A stretch of 64,000 bases of DNA, taken from Streptosporangiales bacterium. Its GTDB lineage: Bacteria > Actinomycetota > Actinomycetes > Streptosporangiales > WHSR01. A model generated the notes under the pieces. The model worked only from the letters and a program-made list of their open reading frames with translations. It ran no database searches and had not been told where the DNA came from. Where the stretch lies: contig WHSR01000006.1 of assembly GCA_009379995.1 (NCBI GenBank), positions 41,865-105,864 on the forward strand. Reading direction: 5' to 3'. Position numbers and translations under genes: made by a program. Below, one piece after another: positions 17,613-25,872 of this stretch (position 1 is the stretch's first letter; every line of letters begins with the position of its first letter).

Positions 17613-18632
17613 ATGGAGAGCCAGCTGCTACACATACCGGGAGCCGTGGCCGCCGAGGCGCCGGACGACGGTGTCGCCGCCCACTACGGGGAGCCCTACC
17701 ACGAGCAACGCGCGCTGGCCGAGGACGCCGGGCTGGTCGACCGAAGCAACCGCGGGGTCGTCCGGGTGGCCGGGCCGGACCGGCTGACGTGGCTGCACAG
17801 CCTGCTGACCCAGCATCTCGAGCGGCTCGAACCGCAGGCGGCCGCCGAGAGCCTGGTGCTGAGCCCGCACGGACACGTCGAGCACCACCTGTCGCTGGTC
17901 GACGACGGCGAGGCGGTGTGGGCGCACGTGGAGCCGGGCACCGCGGGCGAGCTGGTGTCGTTCCTGGAGTCGATGCGGTTCCTCATGCGGGTCGAGCTGG
18001 CGGATGTGACCGGGGAGTACGCGGTGCTGTCGGTGTGCGGTCCCGGCACCGACAAGGCCCTCGCCGAGGCCGCCCTCCCGGACGACGCACCGGCGCGGCG
18101 GGACCCGTACGGGACCGACCTGTTCGTGCCGCGGGCCCGGCTGGCCGAGGTCGCCGACCGCATCCGGGAGGCGGGGGCGCGGCCCGCCGGCATGTGGGCG
18201 TACGAGGCGCTGCGGATCGCCGCGTACCGGCCCCGGCTGGGCCTGGACACCGACCACCGCACGATTCCGCACGAGGTTGGCTGGCTGGAGACGGCGGTGC
18301 ATCTGGACAAGGGCTGCTACCGCGGGCAGGAGACCGTCGCGCGTGTCTACAACCTGGGACGCCCGCCGCGCCGGCTGGTCTTCCTGCACCTCGACGGCAG
18401 CGTCGACCGGTTGCCCGGGCATGGGGACCCGGTCGAGCAGGACGGCCGCCAGGTGGGCTTCGTTGGCTCCGCGGCCCGGCACCACGAACTCGGCCCCATC
18501 GCCCTCGCGCTGGTCAAGCGGAACGTACCGACCGACGCGACCCTGCTCGCCGGCGGTGTGGCCGCCGCGCAGGAGGTAGTGGTTTCACCGGACACCGGGG
18601 CGCACGTGAAGATCGACGTTCGCCGCCGCTGA
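17613..18632 (+). CDS. ygfZ: Folate-binding Fe-S cluster repair protein YgfZ (GcvT-like)
   Basis: ...AHYGEPYHEQRALAEDAGLVDRSNRGVVRVAGPDRLTWLHSLL... and the signature KGCYRGQETVARV. Confidence 0.85.
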   Translation: MESQLLHIPGAVAAEAPDDGVAAHYGEPYHEQRALAEDAGLVDRSNRGVVRVAGPDRLTWLHSLLTQHLERLEPQAAAESLVLSPHGHVEHHLSLVDDGEAVWAHVEPGTAGELVSFLESMRFLMRVELADVTGEYAVLSVCGPGTDKALAEAALPDDAPARRDPYGTDLFVPRARLAEVADRIREAGARPAGMWAYEALRIAAYRPRLGLDTDHRTIPHEVGWLETAVHLDKGCYRGQETVARVYNLGRPPRRLVFLHLDGSVDRLPGHGDPVEQDGRQVGFVGSAARHHELGPIALALVKRNVPTDATLLAGGVAAAQEVVVSPDTGAHVKIDVRRR

Positions 18633-18798
18633 GGGTGTCCCGTGGGCCGGCCGGGTAGCTCCGTGGTATGAGCCGCCCCAGATAAAACACTCGGCGGCGC
18701 CAGCGCCGAGTTCATCCCGTCGTGTGACGCTATGGACGTAATGCCGCGCCTACCGTGGTCGATGTCGAGAATCCGTCGATCGGAAATCGGGGTCCACG

Positions 18799-19524
18799 GT
18801 GCACGCGTTAACGTTCTCGTTCCTTGCCGCGCGGTACGAGGAGCACGCGGACGCGCTGCGCGGCGTCCGCAAGGAACAGCAGGAGCTGCACGACGACGGG
18901 TGGCAGTGCGGGCAGGCTCAACTCGATGACATCGAGGCGGAGATCACCTATCTCCTGCTCCGCGATTATCGGCCCGAAACACTGGTGGAGATAGGTTCTC
19001 TGTACGGCTGGTCGACGAGCTGGATCCTGCGCGCGCTCCGCGACAACGGACACGGAAGCCTGTACACCTACGACGTCGTCGACCACGTCACACGCACCAT
19101 GCCGCCCGAGCTTTCCGCGGACCGCTGGGTCTTTCGGGAAGGGGACGTGCGGCAAAATCTGGCGCATCTGCCGGCCGATATCGACTATCTCTTCATCGAC
19201 GCGGCCCATTCGGCGAGATTCGCCCTGTGGTACATCGACCATCTCTTCCCCCGCCTGCGCACGGGCACACCGACCAGCGTGCACGACGTATTCCACCGCC
19301 GCAGGCCGCTGCCGTGGACCGAAGGCGCGGTAGTCCTCGGCTGGCTACGGGAACGGGATATCCCCTATTTCACGGCGGCGAAATCCCACGAACCCGACGT
19401 ACACGACCGACTCATGCGGCTGCGGGAACGACTGGGCCTGGCCGACCCGATCCACTCCGGTCAGCACAACCCGATGATCTTCTTTACCTACGCGCGGGCG
19501 GGCGACCCTATGCCTCGACGATGA
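18799..19524 (+). CDS. Class I SAM-dependent methyltransferase (Methyltransf_24-like)
   Basis: Motif [17 protein letters not shown] and ...[10 protein letters not shown].... GTG start. The 3' end overlaps dtd convergently. Confidence 0.65.
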   Translation: MHALTFSFLAARYEEHADALRGVRKEQQELHDDGWQCGQAQLDDIEAEITYLLLRDYRPETLVEIGSLYGWSTSWILRALRDNGHGSLYTYDVVDHVTRTMPPELSADRWVFREGDVRQNLAHLPADIDYLFIDAAHSARFALWYIDHLFPRLRTGTPTSVHDVFHRRRPLPWTEGAVVLGWLRERDIPYFTAAKSHEPDVHDRLMRLRERLGLADPIHSGQHNPMIFFTYARAGDPMPRR

Positions 19525-19933
19525 GGGTCACCGGCCCGTCGCCCGCCAGCGCCACATCCATGTGCGCGCCGAACACGCCGGTCTCCACCCGGGCGCCGCG
19601 TCGCCGCAGGGCCCCGACGAACTCCTCGACCAACGGCTCGGCGACCTCCCCCGGTGCCGCCGCAGACCACGACGGGCGACGGCCCTTGCGGGTGTCGGCG
19701 TACAGGGTGAACTGGCTGACGACGAGCAGCGGCGCGCCCACGTCGGAGCACGACGCCTCGCCTTCCAGGATCCGCAGCCCCCAGATCTTCGCGGCCAGCT
19801 TGTCGGCCTGCGCCTCGGTGTCGGTGTGGGTGGCGCCGACGAGCACGACCAGCCCCGGCTCGTCGATCGCACCCACCACCGAGCCGTCGACGGCCACGCT
19901 GGCCCGGCTCACCCGTTGGACTACCGCACGCAT
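19508..19933 (-). CDS. dtd: D-aminoacyl-tRNA deacylase
   Basis: [17 protein letters not shown]...[21 protein letters not shown]...GVFGAHMDV matches Dtd over its full length. Confidence 0.9.
   Translation of the reverse strand: MRAVVQRVSRASVAVDGSVVGAIDEPGLVVLVGATHTDTEAQADKLAAKIWGLRILEGEASCSDVGAPLLVVSQFTLYADTRKGRRPSWSAAAPGEVAEPLVEEFVGALRRRGARVETGVFGAHMDVALAGDGPVTLIVEA
19906..19932. repeat. 27-bp direct repeat, copy 1 (includes dtd codons 1-9)
   Basis: GGCTCACCCGTTGGACTACCGCACGCA is repeated 26/27 at 20806-20832, exactly 900 bp away. Confidence 0.85.
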
Positions 19934-19970
19934 CGCTGCTGAAGAAGGATCACGTTCGGCCTCTCATCAC

Positions 19971-20684
19971 CTATGCGGCTCGGTGGCTCGAGGTCACGTG
20001 TTGCCCGGCTCTCGTGGTGAGCATGGCTCCTAGCCAGTCTGGACCTATGGTGACGACGACGTCCGCAAGTTGGTGAAGCTCCTGGGCCACCGGGCTACGC
20101 CGCGGACTCGCGATGACCACGCGGCGGCCAAGGTCCTGCACGGTACGGACCGCTTCCGCCAGGTCACGGCCGCCTGTTACGAGCACCGCCGTCTCGGAGG
20201 CCCCGGACTGGCCGAGGCGGACGAGATCCAATGTGAGCAAGGTGTCCACGCCCTTCTGGGAGTGTTCTGGTCTCCACTCCCAGTGCGTCTCGAACGTCGA
20301 GACCAGTTCGTCCGGCTCGATGCCGAGGTCGACCGCCGTGTTGCGGAGCGCGGCGCGGATCGGCGTCCTCATGCGGGGAGACCTACGTTCGGCAAGGTGC
20401 CCGAGACGTACCTGAATGCCGGAAGTCAGGGCGATGGCGTCGTGGAATCTCTTCTGACTTGCATGCCGAGAGTGGGTGGAGTCGTACGCTCCGTCGTACC
20501 AGTAAGTGCGTAGAAGGGCATCGCCGTCGGCGCGGGCCGGCGGGCCGAGGCCGGCCAACCAGTCTACGACGGCTGCCGCGTTCGGGCGGACCTGGTTCGT
20601 CCTCAGCGAGAGGGCGCGCGCTCCCGCCGCAACGAGGTACCCGGCGTCAACGAAGCCGCAATATTCCCCCACGAGCGTCTCCAC
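19971..20684 (-). CDS. NYN-domain (LabA/PIN-like) protein, putative RNase
   Basis: GFVDAGYL..., RTYWYDG, QKGVDTLLTLDLVRL and AVLVTGGRDLAEAV...GRRVVI follow the NYN/LabA acidic-residue pattern. The start may be the second GTG (20672), which has a GGAG 6 nt upstream. Confidence 0.7.
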   Translation of the reverse strand: METLVGEYCGFVDAGYLVAAGARALSLRTNQVRPNAAAVVDWLAGLGPPARADGDALLRTYWYDGAYDSTHSRHASQKRFHDAIALTSGIQVRLGHLAERRSPRMRTPIRAALRNTAVDLGIEPDELVSTFETHWEWRPEHSQKGVDTLLTLDLVRLGQSGASETAVLVTGGRDLAEAVRTVQDLGRRVVIASPRRSPVAQELHQLADVVVTIGPDWLGAMLTTRAGQHVTSSHRAA

Positions 20685-20741
20685 GAAAAGGAAAGGGCCC
20701 CAACGGGGCCCACTCCAAGTCTCCCAACGGGATTGAAATGA

Positions 20742-20770
20742 AGCCTATGGAGGACATACGTGGCTGTCAA
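20742..20770 (-). promoter_or_regulatory. Sigma-70-like promoter inside the cassette (TTGACA-17 nt-TAGGCT)
   Basis: The reverse complement of 20765-20770 is TTGACA. The reverse complement of 20742-20747 is TAGGCT. The spacer is 17 nt. Confidence 0.5.
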
Positions 20771-20805
20771 CGTCGGTGTCCACAGCGAGTAATCCACTGT
20801 CAAGT

Positions 20806-20832
20806 GGCTCGCCCGTTGGACTACCGCACGCA
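20806..20832. repeat. 27-bp direct repeat, copy 2 (relic of dtd 5' end)
   Basis: GGCTCGCCCGTTGGACTACCGCACGCA. One mismatch to copy 1. Confidence 0.85.
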
Positions 20833-20896
20833 CGTCGTAGCATTCTGCCCGTCATGGCGTCGATGCTCATCACCTTCCCCGGCGACACGAGCCGCG

Positions 20897-21898
20897 GTGG
20901 CTGAGGATTTCCCGGTCGTCGCCGAGGTCGTTCGGTCGGGATTCGTGGAGAGCCGGCACCACGGCGCGTACGTCGCGCTCGACGCGGACGGCGAGATCGC
21001 CGCCGCGGCCGGTCCGGTGGGTGCGCCGATGTTCCCGCGCTCGTCCAACAAGCCGCTGCAGGCCGCGGCCATGCTGGAGTGCGGGCTCCGGCTGGAGGGC
21101 GAGCTGCTCGCGCTGGCCGCGGGGAGCCACAGCGGGGAGGAGTTCCACCTGGCCGGGGTGCGCCGCATTCTGGGCGCCGCCGGCCTCGACGAGTCGGCGC
21201 TGGGCTGCCCGCCGGCCCTGCCGCTGGACGCCGACGCCGCCCGGTCGGCGGTGCGAGCCGGGCAAGATCCGCGTCCGGCCTTCATGAACTGCTCCGGCAA
21301 GCACGCCGCCATGCTGGCCACCTGCGTCGCGGCCGGCTGGCCGGCCTACTGGTCGGCCGGTTCGTACCGCGATCCGGATCATCCGCTTCAGGTCGCGATC
21401 CGGGCCACCATCGAACGGCTGGCCGGGGAACCGGTGGCCGCGGTGGGGGTGGACGGCTGTGGCGCGCCGCTGTTCGCGCTGACGCTCACCGGCCTCGCCC
21501 GGGCGTACCGGTCCGTCGTGCTCGCCGACCCGGATGGCACCGAGCGCCGGGTGGCCGACGCCATGCGGGCCCACCCGGCATGGTGCTCGGGGAGCCGGCG
21601 CGACGAGCGGACGCTCATGCGGGGTGTGCCGGGGCTGCTGATCAAGGGCGGAGCCGAGGGCGTCAAGGCGTTCGCGTTGCCCGACGGCCGGGCAGGCGCC
21701 GTCAAGATCGAGGACGGAGCGGCCCGGGCGAGCACGCCGGTGACGGTCGCCGTACTCCGGGCCCTCGGCGCCACGCACCTTCCTGGGGCGCCCTCGGCGC
21801 GGGCGGCCTTGGACGAGCTCGCGAGCGTCCCGGTGCTGGGCGGCGGCGAGCCCGTCGGCGAGGTACGTGCCGTGAGCGACACGCGCGAGGCTCAGTAG
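20897..21898 (+). CDS. Asparaginase-family protein (L-asparaginase II / PF06089-like)
   Basis: ...VVRSGFVESRHHGAYVALDADG...PRSSNKPLQAAAML...GSHSGEEFH...MNCSGKHAAMLA...GVDGCGAP... Start assigned to an in-frame GTG; exact start uncertain. Confidence 0.7.
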   Translation: MAEDFPVVAEVVRSGFVESRHHGAYVALDADGEIAAAAGPVGAPMFPRSSNKPLQAAAMLECGLRLEGELLALAAGSHSGEEFHLAGVRRILGAAGLDESALGCPPALPLDADAARSAVRAGQDPRPAFMNCSGKHAAMLATCVAAGWPAYWSAGSYRDPDHPLQVAIRATIERLAGEPVAAVGVDGCGAPLFALTLTGLARAYRSVVLADPDGTERRVADAMRAHPAWCSGSRRDERTLMRGVPGLLIKGGAEGVKAFALPDGRAGAVKIEDGAARASTPVTVAVLRALGATHLPGAPSARAALDELASVPVLGGGEPVGEVRAVSDTREAQ

Positions 21899-24594
21899 TC
21901 AACCCTCGGGCAGGGGTAGGAGCGACCCTGCTGCCCCCACGTCGTCTTGTCTTCCTCCCTCGAGACCTGCCCGCAATCCATCTCCACTGTGCCGGCACCG
22001 GGCGCCGAGTCGCTCGCCTCGAGGATGAGGACCCGTTTGTCCTTCGGTGCCCGGTAGGTTCGATCGAAGGCGATGTACCCGGTCTCGCCCTGAAGGTTGA
22101 CCTCTCCACCGCGCAGCTTCTCCGCAGCGACGGTCGGGTCGAAGTCGGGGTCGCGGCCACGGTCCGTGTATGCCCGATTGATCGCCGCGGCAGCCGTCCT
22201 GAGCGCGTCGTACCCGGCCGCCGCGTCGCTCTCGGGCTCCTGGCCGAACATCTGGCGGAACGCCGTCACGAACGGCGTTGCCGTGTTCCCCCCGGCGGAA
22301 ATCGGGTCGCTGAACGCGCCATAGTACAGGGTGAGGAACGGGTAGTCGCCGAGCCTGCTGTTCGGGTCTGCGACAAAGACGGTGAGCGCGCTTCCGCCAA
22401 GCACGGTGATCTGCTGCCCCTGGCATTCGGGCCGGTCCCTCATGCCGTACAGGAGAGCGGGAAACTGCTGCGCGCGACCCGCGAAATACACAAAGCCCTC
22501 GGCCTGATCGAGTGTGCCGCAGATGTCCGACGCGACATCGCTGGCCGGGTCCGACGAGTCCTCGCTGTACTCGATCTCGTCCAGGATGGCCTTGCGGCCG
22601 TGGGTCCTGGCATAGTCGGCCTTGAAATCGTTCCGCAGGTTCCTGCTGTAGTAGTCACCGGGATCGAAAACCACGACAGCACCGCTGCCGAGCTTGTGGT
22701 GCGCGAAAACGGCCATGGCGTCGGCGATCCGGTGGTTCCTCGGGGAAATTTGGAAGTAGTCCCTGGAGGCGGTCGAGACCGCGTCGCCGGTGACCGCGGA
22801 ACCGATGATCGGCAGCTGCACGTCCTGCTCGTGCAGGTATCGAATTGCGCGTATCGACTCGTTGCGGCTCTGTGAAATCCCGATGATGGCGCCGAGGGTA
22901 CGGTCGCTACGGGCCAGCTCGATGATCCGGTCCGCCGCCGTCTGCCAGTGGCCGAATCTATCACCCGGATTGGCGATCAAGAGCCGGATCCGCATCTTGT
23001 TGGGATCAAGCTGGGCGGCATTGTTCGCCTGCCGCTGGGCAAGGACCGCGCCACGAAGCTGCAGGAGGCTGCTCGGGCCTATGTGTCCAGGATCCGCGGG
23101 CAGGGTCAGCGGGGCGAAAAATACTACCGTTCGGTACGGGTTGTTACCCTCCTTGGACAGCCGGATGACCTCTTCGTTCTGCTTGTGGATCAACGCCTCG
23201 AGCGAGCGCAGCCGCCGCTCACCGGGGCGGTCCAGGGTGCACGAAGGGTCGCCGTTCGTGATACCCACCCGCTCCCTGGACGGCTGCAGGGAGGCATCAC
23301 CGGACGTCATGACGGTCTCGACGCGACAGTCCGCGCTCCCGGGCCACACGGGAACGGGTGCAATCCCTGCCCATTCGAGTATCGCGACCATCAGCACGGC
23401 CGCGGCCACCGCCGGGGCGAAGACGGCGACAACCGGGCGAGAATAGTCGCGCCTCCGGTTCGGCCTTGGCTCGAGCCAGTTCTCGTTCAGCCAATCCCTG
23501 ACGCCCTCATCCTGGGTCGCCTCGAGGCAAACGCCGTGGACAGGTCTGCTGCCCGACCGGCCCGGCGACCGCTCGACGGCCGCGCGGAGATCGTTTGCGA
23601 CTCGCCGATAATCGGTGTCACCGGGTCGTGGAGGATTGCGAGGGTTGAAGCCAACAGGAACCACGTACGAAGGCAGGCGGCCTGGGACAGGGATCGTCGC
23701 CAAGATCATCAGGGCCGATGTCCGCTGCCGCTCGAGGTCAAGGCGTCCGTAGGTATCTAGTAACCGGCGTGCCGGCGTGCCATCCTCGGCCGGGCCAGGG
23801 AGGAGCACGACAAACGACCACTCGCGGCGATGCCGATTCTTGGACAGCACGAACGGTCGCGTTGCCCTGTCGAGGTCCTTGAGCAAGGCCATCAGAAGGA
23901 TCCTCCGGACAACGGTCGGATCGAGACTGGCGCGATTGACGGCGACGCTCAGGAAATCCTTGGCCGGGCCCCTGACCACCGACGTGGCCCAGGACAGTCG
24001 TCTAGTTCTGGTCAGCCAGAGGCCATAGATCGCTCTTGGCAATTCCCGGACGAGCAACCCGATTGCCCTCTGGTGCAGCTTGTCCCCCGCCAGCATCCCC
24101 GGACCAGCCAGTTCCGCAAGCCATTTCAGCGGTGCGTGCCGCTCGAAGAGCTGGTAATAGAGGTATTCCACCATCTCTTTGCGCCTGACGGCCAGGTCAG
24201 GCCGCTTCGGCCGGCGGGGCTCGTCCTTTGCCAGGGCGGCGCGGCAGGTGCGGAACAGCGGCAGCCGTAGCTCGCCGGAGCCCGCAGGCATCGTGTCCTG
24301 AAACCTGTCGGCGATGTCATCGAGCATGTCCAGCGCCATCAAGTCCGACGTGGCGCCGGGGGCACTGGGCCGCGTGAAGTAGCGGTCCTCGACGAGCACG
24401 TGCGGCACAAGGTTTTCGCCCGAAGGGCCGATGAGCCGCTCCCGGTACCCGGCGACCACCCTCGTGATCTCTTCGCCGGGCTCACCGGTCAGTACCACCG
24501 TTGGACCCGATCCGTGGGACGGTCGCGAGGCTGCGAAATCGTCGAGGACCGGAATGAGACCATCGAAGCCACGCAGCGGTGGGATAGAGGTCAT
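21892..24594 (-). CDS. Orphan membrane receptor-like protein: cytoplasmic degenerate P-loop-like domain + TM helix + extracytoplasmic type-1 periplasmic-binding (LivJ/ANF-receptor-like) domain
   Basis: ATG at 24594 with GGAGG 6 nt upstream (the ORF track starts at 24681). N-terminal region has PTVVLTGEPGEEITRV (Walker-A-like but no GK[ST]) and WSFVVLLPG. TM helix is PVVAVFAPAVAAAVLMVAILEW. The C-terminal ~430 aa show a PBP1 pattern (LGAIIGISQSRNESIRAIRYLHEQDVQLPIIGSAVTGD..., YFQISPRN, GAVVVFDPGDYYSRNLRNDF). Confidence 0.7.
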   Translation of the reverse strand: MTSIPPLRGFDGLIPVLDDFAASRPSHGSGPTVVLTGEPGEEITRVVAGYRERLIGPSGENLVPHVLVEDRYFTRPSAPGATSDLMALDMLDDIADRFQDTMPAGSGELRLPLFRTCRAALAKDEPRRPKRPDLAVRRKEMVEYLYYQLFERHAPLKWLAELAGPGMLAGDKLHQRAIGLLVRELPRAIYGLWLTRTRRLSWATSVVRGPAKDFLSVAVNRASLDPTVVRRILLMALLKDLDRATRPFVLSKNRHRREWSFVVLLPGPAEDGTPARRLLDTYGRLDLERQRTSALMILATIPVPGRLPSYVVPVGFNPRNPPRPGDTDYRRVANDLRAAVERSPGRSGSRPVHGVCLEATQDEGVRDWLNENWLEPRPNRRRDYSRPVVAVFAPAVAAAVLMVAILEWAGIAPVPVWPGSADCRVETVMTSGDASLQPSRERVGITNGDPSCTLDRPGERRLRSLEALIHKQNEEVIRLSKEGNNPYRTVVFFAPLTLPADPGHIGPSSLLQLRGAVLAQRQANNAAQLDPNKMRIRLLIANPGDRFGHWQTAADRIIELARSDRTLGAIIGISQSRNESIRAIRYLHEQDVQLPIIGSAVTGDAVSTASRDYFQISPRNHRIADAMAVFAHHKLGSGAVVVFDPGDYYSRNLRNDFKADYARTHGRKAILDEIEYSEDSSDPASDVASDICGTLDQAEGFVYFAGRAQQFPALLYGMRDRPECQGQQITVLGGSALTVFVADPNSRLGDYPFLTLYYGAFSDPISAGGNTATPFVTAFRQMFGQEPESDAAAGYDALRTAAAAINRAYTDRGRDPDFDPTVAAEKLRGGEVNLQGETGYIAFDRTYRAPKDKRVLILEASDSAPGAGTVEMDCGQVSREEDKTTWGQQGRSYPCPRVDY

Positions 24595-24960
24595 TTCTAC
24601 CTCCAGAAGCGCCTGTGTTCTGGGGAAGCCCGAGAGGAAGGGAATTCTACAAGTAGAGCATCTCGATTTTCGTAGATTCACCCGCCTTGGCGGTACTCGA
24701 CCGCTAGGTGAATTTCCTCCGCGCGACTCCTCTTATCCGCTTTAGGGAAAGCTGCGGTGCAGGTCAGCCCTTGCCTCGGCGAGGCCGGGGGCGTTCATCG
24801 CCACCGGCAAGTAAATCAGGGGTCGCCGGGACCGGTCCCCAGACGCGACATCGACTGTATGACCCGGACCGTCGCCGGTCAGGGCCACTTGCGCGGGACC
24901 GCGACGATCTCCGAGAGTTCGTCCCGACCAGCCGACAGCGTGACGCACCTCACGACCGTC

Positions 24961-24990
24961 TGCTTGCTCCCGCGTTTGCAATAGCAAGCA
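24961..24990. promoter_or_regulatory. Inverted repeat upstream of the XRE regulator (candidate operator)
   Basis: TGCTTGCT (24961-24968) and AGCAAGCA (24983-24990) are perfect 8-bp arms enclosing TTGC-AATA-GCAA. Located 22 nt upstream of the ATG at 25012. Confidence 0.4.
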
Positions 24991-25011
24991 CCCTGGAGTA
25001 AGACTGAGGCC

Positions 25012-25419
25012 ATGGCGACTCTGAAGATGGGCTCGATCGGTGAGTACATCCGCGAACAGCGGCAGCAGGCGAAGATCTCGCTTCGCCAGCTCGCCGAGTC
25101 CGCGGGGGTCTCCAACCCGTACCTGAGCCAGATCGAGCGAGGGCTGCGCAAGCCGAGCGCGGAGATCCTGCAGCAGATCGCGAAGGGCCTGCGGATCTCC
25201 GCGGAGGCGCTCTACGTGCAAGCCGGCATCCTCGAGGACCGACCGAACGACACCGAGGTTCCGACCGCCATCCTGGCCGACGCATCGATCAGCGAGCGAC
25301 AAAAGCAGGTCCTGCTCGACATCTACGAGTCGTTCCGCAAAGAAAACGAGAGCGGCGCCCGCGGACGCGCCGCGGCGACGGGTTCGCCGAAGGCTGCAGG
25401 AAAGGACGATCCGACATGA
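25012..25419 (+). CDS. XRE-family helix-turn-helix transcriptional regulator
   Basis: IGEYIREQRQQAKISLRQLAESAGVSNPYLSQIERGLRKPSAEILQQIAKGL is a canonical Cro/C1 HTH. The stop overlaps the next ATG (ATGA). Confidence 0.85.
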   Translation: MATLKMGSIGEYIREQRQQAKISLRQLAESAGVSNPYLSQIERGLRKPSAEILQQIAKGLRISAEALYVQAGILEDRPNDTEVPTAILADASISERQKQVLLDIYESFRKENESGARGRAAATGSPKAAGKDDPT

Positions 25420-25817
25420 CACTGAGCGCTGAGATGAAGAAGCTGAGGGAGAGCAAGGCGTTCTACGCGGCCGCCGGGGCCGGAGATCTCGCGGTCGAGA
25501 AGCTGCGCGAGGTCCCCGAGCAGCTGCGCAAGATCGAGGGGGCCAAGGGCGCCCGGCGGGAGCTGTCCGGCCGTGCGCAGACGTACGCCGCCCAGCTGAC
25601 CGAAAAGGCGGTCGAGGTGTACGGGGAGCTCGGCGCCCGTGCGGCGGAGGCGTACGAGGGCCTCGCCGAGCGCGGCAAGCACGTGGTGGGCGACCACGCC
25701 GACGAGGAGCCCGCAATGGTCCCCAGCCAGATCGAGCCGGAGGCGACCCCGCCGACCCGCTCGACCCGGCAGACCACCGGTGCCGCGAAGACCGGCACCG
25801 CGAGGAAGAGCTCCTGA
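25416..25817 (+). CDS. HbhA-like (heparin-binding hemagglutinin-like) coiled-coil protein
   Basis: AAAGAGDLAVEKLREV... and ...YEGLAERGKHVV resemble mycobacterial HbhA (AALGAADLALATVNEL, YNELVERGEAAL, recalled from memory). Coupled to the XRE gene as in mycobacteria. Confidence 0.55.
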   Translation: MTLSAEMKKLRESKAFYAAAGAGDLAVEKLREVPEQLRKIEGAKGARRELSGRAQTYAAQLTEKAVEVYGELGARAAEAYEGLAERGKHVVGDHADEEPAMVPSQIEPEATPPTRSTRQTTGAAKTGTARKSS

Positions 25818-25823
25818 AACGAC

Positions 25824-25859
25824 CGGGGATGGGTGGGTCGTCCGGCCCACCCATCCCCG
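25824..25859 (+). terminator. Perfect 14-bp stem hairpin after the HbhA-like gene
   Basis: CGGGGATGGGTGGG (25824-25837), loop TCGTCCGG, CCCACCCATCCCCG (25846-25859). No long U-tract. Confidence 0.55.
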
Positions 25860-25872
25860 TAGGCTCACAGTC

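Larger units (their letters stand above)
19933..20832 (-). mobile_element. 900-bp single-gene cassette (NYN-domain gene) bounded by the 27-bp direct repeats
   Basis: Visibly lower GC than its flanks. Carries its own TTGACA-17-TAGGCT promoter. Displaces a GTG-started relic of the dtd 5' end (GTG CGT GCG GTA GTC CAA CGG GCG AGC at 20833). No recombinase gene inside. Confidence 0.4.

Noticed and set aside
24708-25001. Small ORFs (24708..25001+, 24757..24984+) in the receptor/XRE intergenic region.
   Set aside because: They have no RBS, poor GC3 bias and no motifs. The region is better explained as regulatory DNA.
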